Source: Cocleimonas sp. (GTDB taxonomy: Bacteria > Pseudomonadota > Gammaproteobacteria > Thiotrichales > Thiotrichaceae). Taken from it: DNA of 64,000 nt. The first letter of the stretch is position 1; each line of letters begins with the position of its first letter. Location of the stretch: assembly GCA_021647365.1 (NCBI GenBank), contig JAKIUW010000008.1, positions 19,070 to 83,069 of the forward strand, given 5' to 3'. Position numbers and translations under genes: made by a program. This document shows positions 19,471 to 29,578 of this stretch, one piece after another. The notes under the pieces are model-generated. The model saw nothing but the letters and a program-made list of their open reading frames with translations. It was not told the DNA's origin and did no database searches.

Positions 19471-20476
19471 TCGCGCCAACAAAAACCATAAAAACACTTC
19501 CAAGCTACAACAGTGGCTAGAAAATATTTGGTACAACGATGGCAGTGGCCGCTTCATTTTAATGCCGCTAACGGTTTTGTATTGTGCTGTTAATAGTTTT
19601 CAGCGTTATAAGTACAGCAACAATAAAGCTCAAACTTCATGCCCTATAATAGTGGTCGGTAATATCACGGTGGGTGGCACAGGAAAAACACCGTTGACGA
19701 TTTACATCGTTAAGTTACTCCAAAAAACAGGGTACAAACCCGCCATTATCACGCGCGGTTACGGCGGAAAAGCGACAACGTGGCCACAATCGGTAAACGC
19801 AAAATCAAATCCTCAGCTTGTAGGCGATGAAGCCGTGCTAATGGCAAGCCAAACGCAAGTGCCCGTTTATGCAGGTGCAGATCGTTTGAAGTCTATCGAG
19901 CAACTCACACAACACCATGACTGCGATGTAATTGTCTCCGATGATGGAATGCAGCATTACAAACTCCCCCGAGATATTCAAATAGCCGTGATAGATGGCG
20001 AGCGACAACTTGGCAATGGTTATTGCTTGCCCGCTGGACCATTACGAGAAAAAAAGAAACGACTGAATGCTTGTGACTTGATTGTGGTAAATGGGAAAAG
20101 TGATCATAAAAATTGGTATTCAATGCGCTTTGAAGGCGATGTGTTAGTTAATTTACTCACTGCAGAGGAAAAGCCACTTGCTCAGTTTGTAAGAAAAAAA
20201 TGCCATGCGCTAACAGGTATCGGAAATCCTCAACGCTTCTTTTCAAACTTAAAAAAACAAGGGCTTGAGCTAATTACCCATAGTTTTCCAGACCATCATG
20301 ATTTTATAAAAGCAGACTTAGTCTTTGATGATAATGACAAAATGGTCATTATGACTGAAAAAGATGCAGTTAAATGCAGAGATTTCGCGAGAGAAAACCA
20401 TTGGTACTTACCTGTAACGGCTAAACTTGATTGTGCTTTTGATGAGCAACTTAGAATTTTATTGGAGAGCCTCTGA
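19460..20476 (+). CDS. lpxK: Tetraacyldisaccharide 4'-kinase
   Basis: P-loop GNITVGGTGKTP and the LpxK pattern (ITRGYGG, SDDGMQH). Overlaps the msbA stop by 11 nt. Confidence 0.9.
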   Translation: MANSRANKNHKNTSKLQQWLENIWYNDGSGRFILMPLTVLYCAVNSFQRYKYSNNKAQTSCPIIVVGNITVGGTGKTPLTIYIVKLLQKTGYKPAIITRGYGGKATTWPQSVNAKSNPQLVGDEAVLMASQTQVPVYAGADRLKSIEQLTQHHDCDVIVSDDGMQHYKLPRDIQIAVIDGERQLGNGYCLPAGPLREKKKRLNACDLIVVNGKSDHKNWYSMRFEGDVLVNLLTAEEKPLAQFVRKKCHALTGIGNPQRFFSNLKKQGLELITHSFPDHHDFIKADLVFDDNDKMVIMTEKDAVKCRDFARENHWYLPVTAKLDCAFDEQLRILLESL

Positions 20477-20573
20477 AAAGCGTGAATAGCTTCATTCATC
20501 GGTTGTTAAGGTGTTATTAGTTATAGTCAGCTAATCTCTCACATATTTTTCTTATTAATATAAAAATAACATT

Positions 20574-21086
20574 ATGAAAAAGAATATTAGTTTATCCTGT
20601 AATAGAAGAAAATCTAACAAAAGAAGTCTGCGAGGCTTCACCCTAATCGAACTCATGATTACGGTAGCGATTGTAGGCATATTGGCTTCTATCGCAATGC
20701 CTGCGTACAACCATTATATAGTCAGAACAAAACTTAAATCGGGTATGGATTTTTTAGAAAAAGCCAAACTTCACGTTGAACTTTATCGTCAAGATGGTAG
20801 TAAATTATCAGACTTGGATAACACAGCTACTACATATACAGCTCTTGGATTGAATAAAAATATTAATACAGAATACCTCCGTGATTATTGGATAGCCCCA
20901 TATGGTGGAAATGATATAACTATTTGGGTTAGGAGTAAGAATGCTACAGGCTTGCCTCAAACCAATGCAGGAAGATGGCCTTTATACCTAGCAGGTAATG
21001 TAGAAAATATGGGTATAAAATGGCAATGTAAGTCTGACTATAGTGGCGGTGTCGCTAAAAAATTCCTGCCAAGCGGTTGTCGATAA
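20574..21086 (+). CDS. Type IV pilin (PilA/PilE-like)
   Basis: Prepilin motif G|[27 protein letters not shown] and a C-terminal Cys pair ([18 protein letters not shown]). The leader is 21 aa. Confidence 0.85.
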   Translation: MKKNISLSCNRRKSNKRSLRGFTLIELMITVAIVGILASIAMPAYNHYIVRTKLKSGMDFLEKAKLHVELYRQDGSKLSDLDNTATTYTALGLNKNINTEYLRDYWIAPYGGNDITIWVRSKNATGLPQTNAGRWPLYLAGNVENMGIKWQCKSDYSGGVAKKFLPSGCR

Positions 21087-21268
21087 GCTGTATTTTAAGA
21101 AAATAAAAATCCCTAGCTCGAATTTATGTGTAGCCTTGATGAATTCTAGCCGTCGTTAAATACCCGCTCAGAAAGCTAACAAATAGCACTTCTTGCCTCA
21201 ATTAATCTCGATACTTCTTTCGAAAGGTGTTCGATATGCTTTTTTACGCCTAGGGCGTGCTAAAAAGC

Positions 21269-21294
21269 CATGTAAAAGTGGGGGGGTGTGCTTT
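21269..21294 (+). repeat. G-tract repeat copy 9 (GTG, forward)
   Basis: catgtaaaagtgggggggtgtgcttt. Confidence 0.9.
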
Positions 21295-21330
21295 ATACTT
21301 ATGTCTTTGGGTTATTTAACAGACTAACGC

Positions 21331-21513
21331 ATGGATAAAAAATTACTCGATATTCTCGTTTGCCCTGTCACCAAAGGCCCTTTAATTTATAATAAGAAAA
21401 ACAAAGAGCTGATTTCTCGTTCAGCAGGTTTAGCTTACCCAATTAAAGATGATATTCCTGTCATGCTTGAAGAAGAGGCAAGAGAATTAACAGCCGATGA
21501 AATGCAGCGGTAG
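21331..21513 (+). CDS. ycaR: Trm112/YcaR family protein (UPF0434)
   Basis: 60 aa, [14 protein letters not shown]...IPVML pattern, immediately upstream of kdsB. Confidence 0.85.
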   Translation: MDKKLLDILVCPVTKGPLIYNKKNKELISRSAGLAYPIKDDIPVMLEEEARELTADEMQR

Positions 21514-21520
21514 TTAAGCG

Positions 21521-22279
21521 ATGAAAAATAAAATAGTCTTAGTTATTCCGTCTCGATACGCATCCACACGATTGCCGGGGAAACCACTGCGCCTGCTTGC
21601 AGGTAAACCTATGATCCAGCATGTGTTTGAACGTGCGCAAGAAGCAGCGGGTGAAGTCGGCTTTGAAGAAATCATTATCGCTACCGACGATGCGCGCATT
21701 CAAGAAGCTTGCGAAGCTTTTGGCGCGACGGTTTGTATGACATCCGCAAAACATGAGACAGGCAGTGACCGACTAGCCGAAGTCGTAGCATTGAATGGCT
21801 GGGATGACGATACGATTATCGTTAATCTACAAGGCGATGAACCACTAACACCCATTGCTATTCTGAAACAGGTGGCGATAAACCTGGCAAATAATCCTGA
21901 AGCATCAATCGCGACATTGGCAACGCCATTAGGCAAAGAAGCCGAATATGCTGATCCTAATGTTGTGAAAGTAGTGAGTGATAAAAATGGAATAGCATTG
22001 TATTTTAGTCGTGCTTCTATCCCTTTTCAGCGTGATGAAGATGAGGAAGTCAATGACTTTGCACTCAGGCATATTGGTATCTACGCCTACCGAGCAGGCT
22101 ATTTAAAGAGCTTTGCCAAAATGGAACCTTGCCAAATTGAACAATTAGAAAAGTTAGAACAGTTACGCGCGATGTGGCATGGCGCGCGCATCCATGTTGC
22201 AGTGGCGGATGAAGTCCCAGGGCATGGGGTGGATACTGAGGCAGATTTGATCGCGGTTGAAAAAATATTGTCGCTTTAA
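21521..22279 (+). CDS. kdsB: 3-deoxy-manno-octulosonate cytidylyltransferase
   Basis: IPSRYASTRLPGKPL N-terminus, NLQGDEP, and GIYAYRAGYL. Confidence 0.93.
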   Translation: MKNKIVLVIPSRYASTRLPGKPLRLLAGKPMIQHVFERAQEAAGEVGFEEIIIATDDARIQEACEAFGATVCMTSAKHETGSDRLAEVVALNGWDDDTIIVNLQGDEPLTPIAILKQVAINLANNPEASIATLATPLGKEAEYADPNVVKVVSDKNGIALYFSRASIPFQRDEDEEVNDFALRHIGIYAYRAGYLKSFAKMEPCQIEQLEKLEQLRAMWHGARIHVAVADEVPGHGVDTEADLIAVEKILSL

Positions 22280-22311
22280 AATTAAGCCAAAGAATAGATC
22301 AGCAAAGAACT

Positions 22312-22338
22312 ATCATGTAAAAGTAGGGTGTGTGCTTT
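22312..22338 (+). repeat. G-tract repeat copy 10 (GTA, forward, tract interrupted)
   Basis: atcatgtaaaagtagggtgtgtgcttt. Confidence 0.8.
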
Positions 22339-22366
22339 GTGTTGATAGTGTTGTTTTTATCACTTT

Positions 22367-22984
22367 TTATTTATCCAAATAGAACGTTGAAGGCTTGCTG
22401 AGCTGCTTAGTATCAGCTTCAATAATCCACTGAATCGCCTTCGGGTAAATAATATGTTCTACTTTATGCACGCGCTTGGCAAGGCTTTCTTCGGTATCGT
22501 CTGCTTTCACAGGGACGATGCCTTGAATAATATTTTTACCAGTATCCAATTCAGGAATCACAAAATGCACGGTTGCCCCATGTTCGTTATCCCTATTTTC
22601 TAGGGCTTGCTTATGGGTGTGTAAGCCTTTGTACTTGGGTAATAGGGAAGGGTGGATATTGATGAGTTTGCCCTGAAATTTCTCCACAAACACATCACTA
22701 AGAATACGCATAAAACCTGCAAGTACGATCAAATCAGGCTCATAGCTATCAATGATTTGCGCCAGTGATTGATCAAACGCTTCGCGACTAGCAAAATGAG
22801 TGTGCTCTAAAACATGGTTTGGGATGCCTGCTTTTTCGGCGCGTTGTAAGCCCATAACATCTGGACGATTGCTGATGACGGCGATGATTTCGGCCTTGAT
22901 GTCGCCTACACTAACCTGATCAATAATGGCTTGTAGGTTACTGCCTTTTCCTGAAAGCAATACGACGATTCTAAAATGGCTCAT
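22367..22984 (-). CDS. purN: Phosphoribosylglycinamide formyltransferase
   Basis: VLLSGKGSNLQAI, LAGFMRIL, and NIHPSLLPKYKGLHTH motifs. Confidence 0.93.
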   Translation of the reverse strand: MSHFRIVVLLSGKGSNLQAIIDQVSVGDIKAEIIAVISNRPDVMGLQRAEKAGIPNHVLEHTHFASREAFDQSLAQIIDSYEPDLIVLAGFMRILSDVFVEKFQGKLINIHPSLLPKYKGLHTHKQALENRDNEHGATVHFVIPELDTGKNIIQGIVPVKADDTEESLAKRVHKVEHIIYPKAIQWIIEADTKQLSKPSTFYLDK

Positions 22985-22999
22985 AACAGCGGAAATTAT

Positions 23000-24052
23000 T
23001 TAGACATACTCAATGTATGGTTCAGTCTCTCTTGAGTCTTCAATCGTGCCGATCACCCAGTTATCAATGCCTGTTTGTTTGAAGTGAGCAGATACTGCAT
23101 CAACATCCGCTGTATCAACGACCACGACCATGCCAATACCACAGTTAAAGGTGCGTAGCATCTCACTTTCTTCGATATTGCCTTTCTCTTGCAGCCAAGC
23201 AAAGGTTGCTGGGCGGTCCCAGCTGTTTAGATCAATCACACCTTTGCTGTTTTTTGGCATAACGCGTGGTAGGTTTTCAGTCAAACCTCCACCTGTAATG
23301 TGCGCGACGGCATGGATAGTGTGATTTTTAAGAGCTTCTAAAACAGGTTTTACATAGAGCTTGGTTGGTGCGAGTAGGGCTTTCCCGAGGGTGGTGTTTT
23401 CGCCGTTATTATTGAAGGCATCATCCAAAGATGCGCCACTAACGTCAATGACTTTGCGAATCAGTGAGTAGCCATTGGAGTGTGGACCTGTTGATGCTAG
23501 TCCTAATAACACCTGTCCTGCTTTTACATTAGCAGGGTTAAGTACTTCATCTTTCTCCACCACGCCGACGGTAAAACCAGCAAGGTCAAAATCGCCCTTG
23601 GCGTACATACCTGGCATTTCTGCTGTCTCGCCACCAATCAGCGAGCAACCTGATTCTACACAACCATCGGCAATGCCTTTAATAACATCTTCGGCAATAT
23701 CATTATCCAGCTTCGCGGTGGCATAATAATCAAGGAAGAACAGCGGCTCAGCACCAATTACGATAATATCGTTTACACACATTGCGACCAAATCAATACC
23801 AATGGTATCGTAAATTCCTGCATCAATCGCCAGTTTTAACTTTGTGCCAACGCCATCCGTGCCAGAAACCAAAATAGGTTCTTTATAACCTTTGGGTATC
23901 GCCATCAAACCGCCAAAACCACCCAGCCCGCCCATAACTTCGGGGCGAGTTGTGCGTTTTGTGTGAGGTTTTATACGGTCAATCAGCGCATTTCCTGTGT
24001 CGATATCAACGCCAGCGTCGCGGTAAGTCAGGGGTGTTTTAGAATTCGCCAT
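23000..24052 (-). CDS. purM: Phosphoribosylformylglycinamidine cyclo-ligase (AIR synthetase)
   Basis: [24 protein letters not shown], and SNGYSL motifs. Confidence 0.95.
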   Translation of the reverse strand: MANSKTPLTYRDAGVDIDTGNALIDRIKPHTKRTTRPEVMGGLGGFGGLMAIPKGYKEPILVSGTDGVGTKLKLAIDAGIYDTIGIDLVAMCVNDIIVIGAEPLFFLDYYATAKLDNDIAEDVIKGIADGCVESGCSLIGGETAEMPGMYAKGDFDLAGFTVGVVEKDEVLNPANVKAGQVLLGLASTGPHSNGYSLIRKVIDVSGASLDDAFNNNGENTTLGKALLAPTKLYVKPVLEALKNHTIHAVAHITGGGLTENLPRVMPKNSKGVIDLNSWDRPATFAWLQEKGNIEESEMLRTFNCGIGMVVVVDTADVDAVSAHFKQTGIDNWVIGTIEDSRETEPYIEYV

Positions 24053-24126
24053 AATAGTGGGGGATGGGTAATTTTAAAGGGGAGGATTCTAGCACGGATT
24101 AATCATTGGTTTACAAAGAAAGATGC

Positions 24127-24150
24127 CTTATAAGTGGGGGGGTGTGCTTT
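24127..24150 (+). repeat. G-tract repeat copy 11 (GTG, forward, 5' part degenerate)
   Basis: cttataagtgggggggtgtgcttt. Confidence 0.75.
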
Positions 24151-24204
24151 TTACTCTCTAGTTAGCATATAATCCCCCTCTTTTTGAAATATAAGAATAT
24201 TATT

Positions 24205-25023
24205 ATGCAGTTTAGTAGTGTTATTAAGTCTTTGAATGCATTGAATTCTAATCGTTTTTTTCAGTTTACAATTGTCTCGGTAATTATTCTTTCTGCTTTG
24301 ACGATAGGGGTGAGAACTTATGACCTTGATCCTGTTTATTTGCAAGTTTTAACCATTATTGATGTTTCTATAACATACTTATTTTTGTTTGAAATCATTG
24401 TGCGCTTTATTGCTGAAGGTCACTCGCTGGCATTTTTTAAAAAAGGTTGGAATGTCTTTGATACCTTGATCGTTGCTATAAGCCTAATACCTATTGATGA
24501 CTCAGAAGCGGTGTTGTTAGCACGTTTAGTACGAATATTTAGGGTGTTACGTTTGATTTCTATTGTGCCTGAATTGCGTATATTAATTTCAGCATTGATA
24601 AAAGCGCTACCGCCAATGGGCTATGTTTTGTTGCTCATGTTTATTATCTTCTATATTTACGCAGCGGTGGGTAGCTTGTTGTTTGATCAAATAAACCCAA
24701 CATTGTGGGGTGATATTTTAGTGTCTATGCTAACGCTATTTCGTATCGTCACCTTTGAAGATTGGACGGATATCATGTATGAAACGATGGAGGTTTACCC
24801 AATATCGTGGATTTATTATTTAACTTTCATCTTCCTTAATGCCTTTGTCTTTTTGAATATGATGATTGGAATAGTGATTGAACGCATGCAAAGCGAGCAC
24901 GATGCTTATAATTTAGAGCATGATATAGGGGAAGCGGCAGAACTAAAGCATATTCATGAAGATACGCGAGCAATATTGGCTAGGCTTGAATCTTTGGAAA
25001 AACAGCTCAGCTTAAATAAATAA
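24205..25023 (+). CDS. Bacterial voltage-gated cation channel (BacNaV/NaChBac family)
   Basis: Six TM segments. S4 has Arg at every third residue (RLVRIFRVLR). Pore region is LTLFRIVTFEDWTDIMY. Start set to the first ATG (MQFSS) rather than the TTG at 24184. Confidence 0.8.
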   Translation: MQFSSVIKSLNALNSNRFFQFTIVSVIILSALTIGVRTYDLDPVYLQVLTIIDVSITYLFLFEIIVRFIAEGHSLAFFKKGWNVFDTLIVAISLIPIDDSEAVLLARLVRIFRVLRLISIVPELRILISALIKALPPMGYVLLLMFIIFYIYAAVGSLLFDQINPTLWGDILVSMLTLFRIVTFEDWTDIMYETMEVYPISWIYYLTFIFLNAFVFLNMMIGIVIERMQSEHDAYNLEHDIGEAAELKHIHEDTRAILARLESLEKQLSLNK

Positions 25024-25031
25024 TCTAGGCA

Positions 25032-25058
25032 ATCATGTAAAAGTGGGGGGGTGTGCTT
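25032..25058 (+). repeat. G-tract repeat copy 12 (GTG, forward)
   Basis: atcatgtaaaagtgggggggtgtgctt. Confidence 0.9.
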
Positions 25059-25119
25059 ATAGTTTAGTTGAGCATATAATGTCCGCATATTTAAGAATTA
25101 ATTGAAGTAAAAACAAACT

Positions 25120-26799
25120 ATGAATGACACCACAAAACCACTGAATTTTATCGAAAAAATTATTGAAGAAGATTTAGCCTCGGGCAAAACTAAACAAGTT
25201 CATACGCGCTTTCCACCTGAGCCGAATGGTTATTTACACATTGGCCATGCCAAATCAATTTGCTTGAATTTTGGTTTGGCGAAAAAATACGGTGGTGTGT
25301 GTAATCTGCGTTTTGATGATACCAACCCAGAAAAAGAAGATGTTGAGTATGTTGAGTCTATAAAAAGAGATGTTGAGTGGCTAGGTTTTAAATGGGAAGG
25401 GGATATTCATTACACCTCGGATTATTTTGATCAGCTCCATACATGGGCGGTTGAGTTAATTAAGGCAGATAAAGCCTACGTCTGCCATCTTAGCCAAGAA
25501 GAGACACGCGAATACCGTGGCTCATTAAAAGAGGCTGGTAAAGATAGCCCTTTTCGCAATCGCAGTGTTGAAGAGAATCTTGAAGAGTTTGAGAAAATGC
25601 GTTTAGGCGAATACGAAGAAGGTGCTTGTGCACTACGCGTAAAAATTGATATGGCAAGCCCTAATATGCAAATGCGCGATCCGATTATTTACCGCATCAA
25701 AAAAGCAACGCATCATCAAACAGGTGATAAATGGTGCATTTATCCATCTTACGATTACGCACACGGGCAGGGCGATGCGATTGAGGGCATCACACACTCG
25801 GTTTGTACGTTGGAGTTTGTAGAGCATCGTCCGTTGTATGAATGGTTTCTTGAAAACTTGGCTGTGCCTGCTACACCACGCCAGTACGAATTTTCACGGT
25901 TAAATGTAAATTACACCATCACCAGCAAACGTAAACTAAAACAACTGGTTGATGAAGGGGTTGTAAAGAGCTGGGATGATCCACGTATGCCAACCATTTC
26001 AGGTATGCGTCGTCGTGGTTACACGCCAAAATCCATCCGTGACTTTATTGACAGCACAGGCGTGACCAAAGTTGATGGGGTGGTTGATGTCAGTCAACTC
26101 GAGTTTGCCGTGCGTGAAGATTTGAATATAAACTCACCGCGTGCCATGTGTGTTTTAAACCCTTTAAAAGTCACGTTGATTAATTACCCTGTCGAAGAAA
26201 CTGAATATATGACTGCGCCAGTACACCCACAAAATGAAGATATGGGTACCCGCACACTGATTTTTACGCGCGAAATATTTATCGATAAAGAAGATTTTAG
26301 AGAAGAGGCCAATAAAAAATACAAACGCTTAGTGATCGGCAAACGCGTACGTTTGCGTAACGCCTATATTATCGAAGCCGATGAATGTGTAAAAGATGAA
26401 AACGGTGAAATCATCGAAGTTATCGCGCGTATTATTGAAAATACGGTAGGCAAAAATCCTGAAGATGGCATTAAAGCCAAAGGCGTTATCCAATGGGTAT
26501 CGGCAGAACACAATGTGGATTGCGAACTGCGTGTTTATGATCGTTTGTTTAATGATGTCGCGCCTGATGCGGGTGGCAAAGACTTTATGGAATCGGTAAA
26601 CCCAGACAGCTTGCAAGTACTAACAGGTTGTAAGGCAGAAATGGCTTTGCAAGATCCTGTATCGGATGTACCGTATCAGTTTGAGCGAGAAGGTTATTAT
26701 TTTTTGGATGCAGATACTGAGAATGATCCTGAGAAGGGGATTGATAATCAAAAGCTGATTTTTAATCGAACAATCAGCCTTAGAGATACTTGGAAATAG
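25120..26799 (+). CDS. glnS: Glutaminyl-tRNA synthetase
   Basis: HIGH ([13 protein letters not shown]), VMSKR-like TSKRKL, and overall GlnRS pattern. Confidence 0.95.
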   Translation: MNDTTKPLNFIEKIIEEDLASGKTKQVHTRFPPEPNGYLHIGHAKSICLNFGLAKKYGGVCNLRFDDTNPEKEDVEYVESIKRDVEWLGFKWEGDIHYTSDYFDQLHTWAVELIKADKAYVCHLSQEETREYRGSLKEAGKDSPFRNRSVEENLEEFEKMRLGEYEEGACALRVKIDMASPNMQMRDPIIYRIKKATHHQTGDKWCIYPSYDYAHGQGDAIEGITHSVCTLEFVEHRPLYEWFLENLAVPATPRQYEFSRLNVNYTITSKRKLKQLVDEGVVKSWDDPRMPTISGMRRRGYTPKSIRDFIDSTGVTKVDGVVDVSQLEFAVREDLNINSPRAMCVLNPLKVTLINYPVEETEYMTAPVHPQNEDMGTRTLIFTREIFIDKEDFREEANKKYKRLVIGKRVRLRNAYIIEADECVKDENGEIIEVIARIIENTVGKNPEDGIKAKGVIQWVSAEHNVDCELRVYDRLFNDVAPDAGGKDFMESVNPDSLQVLTGCKAEMALQDPVSDVPYQFEREGYYFLDADTENDPEKGIDNQKLIFNRTISLRDTWK

Positions 26800-26826
26800 T
26801 TACTTAGATTAGTAATTGGAATAGTT

Positions 26827-26841
26827 ATCATATAAAAGTGG
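26827..26841 (+). repeat. Truncated 5' half-copy of the G-tract repeat
   Basis: atcatataaaagtgg, directly abutting the palindrome. Confidence 0.5.
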
Positions 26842-26866
26842 TCATGTAAAAGTAGGGGGGTGTGAA
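26842..26866 (+). repeat. G-tract repeat copy 13a (GTA, forward), left arm of a perfect palindrome
   Basis: tcatgtaaaagtaggggggtgtgaa. Confidence 0.9.
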
Positions 26867-26891
26867 TTCACACCCCCCTACTTTTACATGA
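26867..26891 (-). repeat. G-tract repeat copy 13b (GTA, reverse), right arm of a perfect palindrome
   Basis: ttcacacccccctacttttacatga. Exact reverse complement of 13a, centred on gaattc. Confidence 0.9.
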
Positions 26892-26906
26892 CATAATCAG
26901 ATATAC

Positions 26907-26935
26907 AAAAAAGCCCCGCTAATGCGGGGCTTTTT
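26907..26935. terminator. Bidirectional intrinsic terminator between glnS and the csp gene
   Basis: A-run, agccccgc-taat-gcggggct, T-run. Confidence 0.8.
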
Positions 26936-26956
26936 ATTTGAAACTGTAGAGAGTTA

Positions 26957-27163
26957 TCAATCCCCAGCAGTCACATTAACAGCAGCGGGGCCTTTGGCGC
27001 CATCTTCTGTTTCAAAATTTACTTTCTGGCCTTCTTCTAAAGACTTATAGCCATCCATTTGGATTGAGTTGAAGTGAACGAATACATCGTCACTACCATC
27101 ATCTGGAGCAATAAAACCAAAACCTTTACTGCTGTTAAACCACTTAACTGTACCTGTTGCCAT
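26957..27163 (-). CDS. Cold-shock protein (CspA family)
   Basis: 68 aa, [15 protein letters not shown] and DVFVHF RNP motifs. Confidence 0.95.
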   Translation of the reverse strand: MATGTVKWFNSSKGFGFIAPDDGSDDVFVHFNSIQMDGYKSLEEGQKVNFETEDGAKGPAAVNVTAGD

Positions 27164-27340
27164 CCCTGGGAACCTCTTTAAAAATTAAAATAACGCAGAC
27201 TGATGCAAGAAAAAACGGAAGGCTACGTTAAACTGCCGAACTTCTTCAGAGGTTTTTTAGCAAGCCTCTGTAAAACTGCAACTGAAGAATATCATATTCT
27301 CAGAAAATTTCTAGGGGGAGGAGATAAGCTAAATTTATGT

Positions 27341-27835
27341 TTATGAGCTTTGTTTTTCAATCGACCCTTTTACACGGAGCTTTGTCGCCATGAAGTCACC
27401 GTGTGAGACATAAATTAAATCACTGATCCGGCGAATTACATGCTCTTCATATTTATCTAAAACTTGATCAGCAAAAGCAATCTTCCAAAGATTTTCGATT
27501 AAGTCGATTTTCTGCTGAGCAGAATAGCTGTCGTTAATTAACCGCGTGAACTGAAAATAATCAGTAGAGCTAGCATGCTCTTCCTTGGCTAAGGCAATAA
27601 TTTCCTCTGCTTTACCTGTTTGTAAACCAAATGAGTTTTTAACAATATTTAAAATTGCATCCCGCTCTTCAGGCGCATCCTCATAATCAGCTTCTGCCAC
27701 CTCGATTATCAAAGCAGCAAGCGCAATTTGAGGCGTGCTATTAGAACGATCAGAGCCACCCGCTAATGCAGGTGACTCTGACAGAAAGTTCTTCTCAAAA
27801 AAGTTTTGAATTTTATTTAACATGTATTTAGTCAA
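27341..27835 (-). CDS. TerB-like (tellurite resistance/DjlA N-terminal-like) protein
   Basis: 164 aa matching my memory of the TerB family (LAALIIEVAEADYE, LWKIAFADQVLDKYEEHVIRRISDLI). The ATG at 27823 is an alternative start. Confidence 0.6.
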   Translation of the reverse strand: MTKYMLNKIQNFFEKNFLSESPALAGGSDRSNSTPQIALAALIIEVAEADYEDAPEERDAILNIVKNSFGLQTGKAEEIIALAKEEHASSTDYFQFTRLINDSYSAQQKIDLIENLWKIAFADQVLDKYEEHVIRRISDLIYVSHGDFMATKLRVKGSIEKQSS

Positions 27836-28177
27836 TCACATCCCGTTAATGGCTGACTTATCAACATGGCGTGCTTTTGTTTGTACCTTTTCAATCGTCT
27901 TTCTCACAGCACGTTCGGCACGGTGGCAGGCGTTATCAATAGCGGTGTACAAGTTATCTTCTGAATCTTCAATCACAACGGTCGGTAGTTTTTTCATATC
28001 AACATGAATATGGCAATGTTTATCAATGCCGCCCTTGGGGCCATTATCATCTGACATATGTACGGTAATTTTTAAAATCCTATCACCAAAGTTATTAGTC
28101 ATATGTTCAAGTTTTTCTAGGGTGTGAGTCTCAATGGCTTCGGTAAGCGTGAAGTTACGTGCTTGTACATCAATCAT
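27836..28177 (-). CDS. Ribosome hibernation factor, HPF/RaiA family
   Basis: 113 aa, N-terminal ARNFTLTEAIETH pattern of the S30AE family. AGGAG RBS upstream. Confidence 0.7.
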   Translation of the reverse strand: MIDVQARNFTLTEAIETHTLEKLEHMTNNFGDRILKITVHMSDDNGPKGGIDKHCHIHVDMKKLPTVVIEDSEDNLYTAIDNACHRAERAVRKTIEKVQTKARHVDKSAINGM

Positions 28178-28767
28178 TATTTGAATCTCCTTTTTTATTT
28201 TTAAATGAAGTCTTTTGCAGACTTACTTAAACTATAGATCGTAATGTGGGGAATTCAAGGGGTGGGTGTGATATTTTGTATTGTTTTTTACAATATAGCC
28301 ATTTATGCAAAGGTCTCATATTAATAGAGCTACTCAATAGTCCTGCATATGTAACAAACTAGCTGAAGCACAGCGAATAATAAATTAGTAAATCCAACTT
28401 ACCTTAGCGTTTACTAAAACTGTATTAAGTACATTTAATTGTAACTTAAGTCATCTAGATTTATTAAGTCGTGTCAGTCAGTACAGTAGCCGCACAGATC
28501 AAGTACTAAATATTGAGATTACTGCTCAAATAGCCCAAGATATGCTAGAGCCTTATAGAGGTATTACAGAAAACTTACGTCTACGCTTGTGTACTTATGT
28601 CAGCACTCAATTCTTAGACAGAAGGTTAATAGTTTTTTACAGCAGATAATCTTAACAAGATAGATAAAATTTTTAGAATTATTTTAATACTTGTAAAGCT
28701 AATTAATATTGTCGGCTAGTAAGTGCTTTAGCGGTAGGTTTTAGAGAGAAGCAGGGATTGTTCTATA

Positions 28768-28791
28768 ATCATGTAAAAGTGGGGGGGTGTG
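28768..28791 (+). repeat. G-tract repeat copy 14 (GTG, forward)
   Basis: atcatgtaaaagtgggggggtgtg. Confidence 0.9.
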
Positions 28792-28915
28792 ATTCTCCCT
28801 CTTTAGGCAAAGAGGGGAGCTACAGGCTCAATAAAAATAGTCTATATTAACTTGGTGCAAGTCCTATTAAAATGCTACTGATAAATTTAGCTGAGAGTTA
28901 CAGATAAAAGACAAC

Positions 28916-29548
28916 ATGGAAAACTACATAAATTTCGCGCTGCTCTCAGTCTTCATCCCCACGTTCTTTTTTGTCTCGATAACCCCAGGTATGTGCATGA
29001 CTTTGTCCATGACGATGGGGATGACGATTGGCGTAAAGCGATCATTGCATTTTATGTGGGGCGAGCTGATTGGGGTTGCTTTGGTTGCGATTTCATCGGT
29101 GGTTGGTATTGCGGCTATTATGTTGAAAAATCCACAACTCTTTATCATTTTTAAATTGATGGGTGGCGCGTACTTGCTTTATTTGGGTGTGCAAATGTGG
29201 CTATCAAAAGGCAAAATGGCGATGGGTGATTCCAGTAGTCAGCTACAAGATAGCACCGCGCTAGGGCTTGCCTCTCAAGGTTTCATCACCGCCATTGCTA
29301 ATCCAAAAGGTTGGGCATTTTTCATTGCTTTGCTTCCGCCTTTTATTAGCCAAGATTTACCCCTAGTGCCGTAAGTGTCTGTTTTGATTGTGATGATTTT
29401 GGTATTGGAGTTTATCTGTTTATTGATCTATGCCTCAGGCGGAAAAAAGCTGAATAGCCTACTGCAAAAACGTGCCAATGTTAAAACCATGAATCGAATC
29501 GCAGGAAGTTTGATGATGGGGATTGCTGTTTGGCTGGTGGTTGCTTGA
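28916..29548 (+). pseudogene. LysE/RhtB-family amino-acid exporter interrupted by one in-frame TAA (29372-29374)
   Basis: The 152-codon ORF ends at the TAA. The same frame continues for 57 more codons (VSVLIVMILVLEFICLLIYASGG...MNRIAGSLMMGIAVWLVVA), completing a normal ~210-aa LysE protein. Confidence 0.8.
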
Positions 29549-29578
29549 TTATCAGCGCTAAGACCACATAATACTGTC

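Noticed and set aside
27300-27325. Possible decayed copies of the G-tract repeat. Candidates are 27300-27325 (cagaaaatttctagggggaggagat), 28246-28270 (tgtggggaattcaaggggtgggtgtg), 51925-51945 (agtggggggctttata) and 60515-60535 inside the AbiC-like gene (cgaggggggctttgg).
   Set aside because: Similarity is limited to the G-run and a few flanking bases. They are not counted among the 31 copies.
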